Below are positions 60,326 through 64,000 of a DNA stretch of 64,000 nucleotides, piece after piece; position 1 is the stretch's first letter; each line of letters begins with the position of its first letter. The notes below the pieces were generated by a model. It was given only the letters and a program-made list of their open reading frames with translations, was not told where the DNA came from and searched no databases. The position numbers and the translations under genes were made by a program. Origin of the DNA: Candidatus Cloacimonadales bacterium (lineage in GTDB: Bacteria > Cloacimonadota > Cloacimonadia > Cloacimonadales > JAIOQZ01); the NCBI GenBank assembly GCA_963662655.2, contig CAXXTU010000002.1, positions 3,328,001 through 3,392,000 of the forward strand, read 5' to 3'.

Positions 60326-60667
60326 ATGGAGGTAGAAATGTTTGGAAGTATGTATCTCGATAAGAACGGGCATCCTCTTTATATCGGGAAATCCGAGTTT
60401 ATCGCCGACTTGGACGGAACGACAGAGGCGGTAAGCTATCCATCGAGCGGAACCTTTAGCGAGAAGAAGTTTCTTCGCTTAACATCAGAACTCGGGAACT
60501 TTCGGTATGGGATCGGTTCCGCACCGACCGTTGACGGAAGTAATGGCGTACTGGTTACCGAAGGTGTTGTCGAACTTACCGAAGTCGATGCTGGAGAGAA
60601 GCTCACGATTCACGGCAGTATTGTGAATGTATGCGAGCTGAAAGGCAAGCAAGCAGCGGGAGTATAG
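60326..60667 (+). CDS. Phage hypothetical protein
   Basis: ORF with RBS, abutting the next gene. Confidence 0.6.
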   Translation: MEVEMFGSMYLDKNGHPLYIGKSEFIADLDGTTEAVSYPSSGTFSEKKFLRLTSELGNFRYGIGSAPTVDGSNGVLVTEGVVELTEVDAGEKLTIHGSIVNVCELKGKQAAGV

Positions 60668-61519
60668 ATGTCTGGCTTTGGACGGATTGGATTTGTGAAT
60701 CGATCGCGGAATCCACGGAAAGCAGTCAAGTTCTTGGCGACGATCACCGATTACGCCAATCAGACGATCGTAATCAATGCCGGATGCATGTATGGTCATT
60801 CTGCGGCCATTCATTGGGGAGACGGTAATATTACTCCGATTGCCGGCACGGGAAGCGCTTCTGATCGTCCGCATCAATATTCAAAGAACGGCGTCTTCAA
60901 CATCGTGATTCTTGGCGATATCGGGTATGTAATGCGCGTCGAGATAGCAGGTCAAAGCCTTGTAAATCTGATTCCAAGCAGCCTATACGGGCTTACGAAT
61001 TGTCTCTATCTTTCCTTTTTCGGATCTGCCACGAGTATGGAATTATCGCCTAGAATGGCCGGGCTTCCGTCCCTGCAATTTTTTGTGGCCCGTGACCGCT
61101 GTTTCGGAGATGCGGCGTATCTGGCTCTGTGCGAAAATCTCGGATACATCGATATCCGGGAAGCTGACAGGGCACGTGGTGATGTCGGTGCCTTGCTCGG
61201 GCTGCCGCTGGGCTCAATATTCGCAAACAACGCAGGATTTTCTGCATACACGCCCGGCGTGTGTGCCTGGCATGTCGGATTTGTCGGTAATTTCTCCGGC
61301 AACTATGATTTTTCGGACTTGCATATCGTACGCATGTTGATCGACATGAAAACGGCTCGATCGTCAGGCTGGTCGGCCACCGTTACCGTCACGGGCTGTA
61401 ATAGGGGCTCATGCACGATAGCAAACCTTGATGTAGCCTTGGCGACAATCAAGGGCGTTCCTGAAGCCTCGATCGTTGAGTACCTCGATGGCACAGGGAT
61501 CATATTAAACACAAATTAG
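60668..61519 (+). CDS. Phage protein with PKD-like N-terminus and LRR-like repeats
   Basis: IHWGDG..HQYSKNGVFNI; LYGLTNCLYLSF, LPSLQFF, LCENLGYIDI, GDVGALLGLPL. Confidence 0.55.
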   Translation: MSGFGRIGFVNRSRNPRKAVKFLATITDYANQTIVINAGCMYGHSAAIHWGDGNITPIAGTGSASDRPHQYSKNGVFNIVILGDIGYVMRVEIAGQSLVNLIPSSLYGLTNCLYLSFFGSATSMELSPRMAGLPSLQFFVARDRCFGDAAYLALCENLGYIDIREADRARGDVGALLGLPLGSIFANNAGFSAYTPGVCAWHVGFVGNFSGNYDFSDLHIVRMLIDMKTARSSGWSATVTVTGCNRGSCTIANLDVALATIKGVPEASIVEYLDGTGIILNTN

Positions 61520-61527
61520 GGGGATGT

Positions 61528-61713
61528 ATGGCTGTATATAACTCAAACGCCTGGAGAATTGTGATCTATAACAATCGCCTGATATGCCTGACCGACTCCG
61601 AAAGCACGATCACAGACTATACGTGCGTCGAGTTCGACACCCGGGAGCAGGCGATTGAATACCTGGAACAGAATGGGATCGATTTCGAGCCATCAGCTAT
61701 CGGGGAATTGTAA
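61528..61713 (+). CDS. Small phage hypothetical protein
   Basis: GGGGG RBS; stop overlaps the next start. Confidence 0.55.
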   Translation: MAVYNSNAWRIVIYNNRLICLTDSESTITDYTCVEFDTREQAIEYLEQNGIDFEPSAIGEL

Positions 61714-62240
61714 TGCAGTACACAACCATTGAGAACGTTTTATTACGAATCCCCACGGGGATTCCCAAGGACTTCGAGAATCGTATTATCGAAGCGAATC
61801 CCGAGATTACCGAGGTGGAAAAGAGCGATGCCTGGCTGGCGAAGGTGCTGGAGATCATCGAAGAGGCTTCCGAGAGGATTGATGCCAAGCTGAAGCGATA
61901 CAAGAGGATTTACCATGACGGAACACAGAAGTTCCCCGATGTGACAGACGATCCGCCCACCCCATCCATCATAAGGATTTTATGTGAATTCGAGTGCGCG
62001 TATTCGACGGGTGTGTTCTTCGCTGGAGTAAGGCGCGTACGAACTACCGAAGATGAACAGTACCTTCTGAAGCGGATCAAAGAACGTTACGACGAGATCA
62101 ACGACGGCAGTGTCGTGATTGCAATCGGGGGCGTTGAGGCTTCCAGCGCGTATGAACCGGACTACATCGATCGAGATAGGGGGATTACGCAAGAGGGGAT
62201 GTCCGCCTTCTTCAGTTACGAAACCGAGGAAGAACGATGA
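61713..62240 (+). CDS. Head-tail connector (Mu gp36/DUF1320-like)
   Basis: MQYTTIE, IEEASERIDAKLKRY, PSIIRILC, EINDGSVVI. Confidence 0.72.
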   Translation: MQYTTIENVLLRIPTGIPKDFENRIIEANPEITEVEKSDAWLAKVLEIIEEASERIDAKLKRYKRIYHDGTQKFPDVTDDPPTPSIIRILCEFECAYSTGVFFAGVRRVRTTEDEQYLLKRIKERYDEINDGSVVIAIGGVEASSAYEPDYIDRDRGITQEGMSAFFSYETEEER

Positions 62241-62659
62241 GCGGATACACCAACCAGGCGGAAAACGAACTGGTATCAATACTGAATGAGCTCAACGCGA
62301 AGAACAATTGGGGCATCAGGCTGATTCATAAAAAGACGCGATTCGATTTGAACTACGCCGACCACGAACTTCCGGCTGTGAGCGTGAAGGTGGTGAGCAG
62401 AACGAAAGGTGAGCACATTGGGAAAAAGCTTTCCGGCAACATACTGGTCATGTCGATCGGAAGCGATTGGCATGAAATCCAGGAGGTGAACGACGACCTT
62501 GCAGACGCGATCGGTGATGCGCTGGAATCGTGGAACCCGAAGAATTGGAATTTCGCTTCGTTCAAGGTAATCAAGACAAGTAACATCGGTGATCAGGCGA
62601 ATGCGACCGATTTCTTCTATATGAGCCGGATCGACTTTGTATTTCAATACGTTGGGTAG
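62237..62659 (+). CDS. Putative tail terminator/completion protein
   Basis: 140 aa, ELPAVSV motif, position. Confidence 0.5.
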   Translation: MSGYTNQAENELVSILNELNAKNNWGIRLIHKKTRFDLNYADHELPAVSVKVVSRTKGEHIGKKLSGNILVMSIGSDWHEIQEVNDDLADAIGDALESWNPKNWNFASFKVIKTSNIGDQANATDFFYMSRIDFVFQYVG

Positions 62660-63172
62660 ATGAACCGGATAAATATCCCCGAATTGACACCTGAGACCAT
62701 CGAAAGCTTCGGGAAGCGAGCACAGACATATATGTACTCGCAAATCGTCAGGCAATTCGATGAGAACGGCTTGGGCGGAACATCGCGGGGTGTGATTTGG
62801 GATTATTACAAGCCGTGGTATTACCGAGTTACCGACAACACGGATGTCGATATCTTCGGACAGACCCCGAGGATACGCCCGAGCAGGTACGGCCACACCG
62901 GAGACAATATCCCTGCCAAGCTTCGGGACAATAAGAAAGAGTACGATCGCAGGTATCAGATCGGAGACAAGCTTCTTCAATTTACCGGACGACTCAAAAA
63001 CGCTTTAGTAAGCGATATGCAAATCGATGGAAATATCATTACGCTGATAACGCCCGTGAAATATGCGGCGAAACAGAACGACTCGAGACCCTTCAATTTC
63101 TTCACCGATGAAGATGCGAGTGTCATCGGGGAAATGGCAGTGGATGAGGTTGTAAAGAGAGTAGAGGAATAA
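62660..63172 (+). CDS. Virion morphogenesis protein (Mu gpG-like)
   Basis: RQFDENG..W, LLQFTGRLKNAL, VKYAAKQN..RPF. Confidence 0.72.
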   Translation: MNRINIPELTPETIESFGKRAQTYMYSQIVRQFDENGLGGTSRGVIWDYYKPWYYRVTDNTDVDIFGQTPRIRPSRYGHTGDNIPAKLRDNKKEYDRRYQIGDKLLQFTGRLKNALVSDMQIDGNIITLITPVKYAAKQNDSRPFNFFTDEDASVIGEMAVDEVVKRVEE

Positions 63173-63222
63173 ATCCTCTCAATCTCCTCTTATCAGGGGA
63201 GTGTTAAGAAACGGAGACTGGA

Positions 63223-64000
63223 ATGGCGCGGACACTGGAACTGATTATTGAAGCGAATCTCACGGGCGACAAGGACGTACGCGACCTGATCACCTCTCTG
63301 CAGAAAGAACACAGCCTTAAGATCAAGGTTACTCAGAACAATTTAAAGCAAGCAAGCAAGGACATCGAGAAGAGCGCGGAGAACGCGCGCCAGGCATGGG
63401 AACGGTTCAATTACAGCATCATGGATAAGCCTGACCAGCTCGCAGCCAAATTCAAGAACATGCGAGGCGTGATCGAGAAAGGTTTCGGCTTTGAGGAAGG
63501 TGCGGAAAACGCGAGTGCCGAGGCAAAGAAGGCGTATTCCAAGCTGAACGAATGGTTCCGCAAAGAAAACGAGAAGCTTGCCACCACCATGCAAAGCGGC
63601 GGAAAAAAGGCCAGCGACGGATTCGTTTCCGCATTCGGTTCACTGGGCGGACTTGCGGCAAGGTTTACTTTCTACCGTTTTGCAGTTCAGAGAATCGCGC
63701 AGGATACGGCGCAACTCGCTCAAGCGATGATTCAACCCAGCGTGGAGGTTGAAGCACTCCAGATGAGACTGGACAGCCTTTACCAGAGCACCGTAAAGGG
63801 TGCAATGGCGTATGAGAAATTCGCCGGTATCGCCTCGACAATACCTTTTGAATTGAAAGAAGTAACCAATGCAGGTGCGCAACTCAAGGCATTCGGAATG
63901 AGCGCGACGGAATCGCTGAAGGCAATTGCCGATCTTGCCGCTTTCATGGGGACGGATATCGTGTATGCCGCGAACGCTGCGGGACGCCTTTGGGCTGGCG
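63223..64000 (+). CDS. Tail tape measure protein, truncated by window end
   Basis: Not in the ORF track; open from ATG 63223 (MARTLELIIEANL) to the end; ASTIPFELKEVTNAGAQLKAFG..IADLAA tape-measure motif. Confidence 0.88.
   Translation, partial: MARTLELIIEANLTGDKDVRDLITSLQKEHSLKIKVTQNNLKQASKDIEKSAENARQAWERFNYSIMDKPDQLAAKFKNMRGVIEKGFGFEEGAENASAEAKKAYSKLNEWFRKENEKLATTMQSGGKKASDGFVSAFGSLGGLAARFTFYRFAVQRIAQDTAQLAQAMIQPSVEVEALQMRLDSLYQSTVKGAMAYEKFAGIASTIPFELKEVTNAGAQLKAFGMSATESLKAIADLAAFMGTDIVYAANAAGRLWAG

Larger units (their letters stand above)
49748..64000 (+). mobile_element. Prophage (left part): Mu-like head genes, apparently non-contractile tail, integrated at tRNA-Arg(UCG)
   Basis: Co-oriented terminase, portal, lysozyme, protease, capsid, connector and tape-measure genes directly after a tRNA fragment; continues past the window. 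Confidence 0.92.

Noticed and set aside
49796..64000. Diversity-generating retroelement or anti-phage cargo in the prophage
   Set aside because: No reverse transcriptase, template/variable repeat pair or recognisable defence gene in the visible part.

Overview
Bacterial chromosomal window. The lineage is probably Cloacimonadota-like/FCB; this is inferred only from three secreted proteins with a YPNPFNP..T C-terminal sorting domain. Positions 1-49.7 kb are host genes: a TolB-like protein, dinB, a PadR-TolC-MFP-RND efflux operon, ispD plus an oversized glmS, ispF, a K+-channel-like protein, a tRNA cluster, rne/rng, rplU-rpmA, a hutI-mutY-mlaD-Omp85-like operon, two paralogous CTD proteins, a 10-gene phosphate/polyphosphate-type locus containing a tripartite tricarboxylate transporter, an ABC-F ATPase and a NuoE/NuoF/GltD-NuoG electron-bifurcating complex. 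From about 49.8 kb to the end is a prophage with Mu-like head genes, no tail sheath in the window and an unusual gene order. It begins at a 48-nt tRNA-Arg(UCG) 3' fragment that is a probable att site. The most striking unannotated signals are non-coding: (A) a ~135-nt hairpin in 3 dispersed copies with conserved motif boxes and a fully covarying 19-20 bp stem; (B) a ~180-nt multibranch inverted-repeat element in 2 copies; (C) a 101-102-bp unit downstream of two different Arg tRNA loci that ends in each tRNA's own last 22 nt. Several indels clustered at 16-21 kb are probably sequencing errors. All family assignments come from motif recognition by eye; no searches were run.
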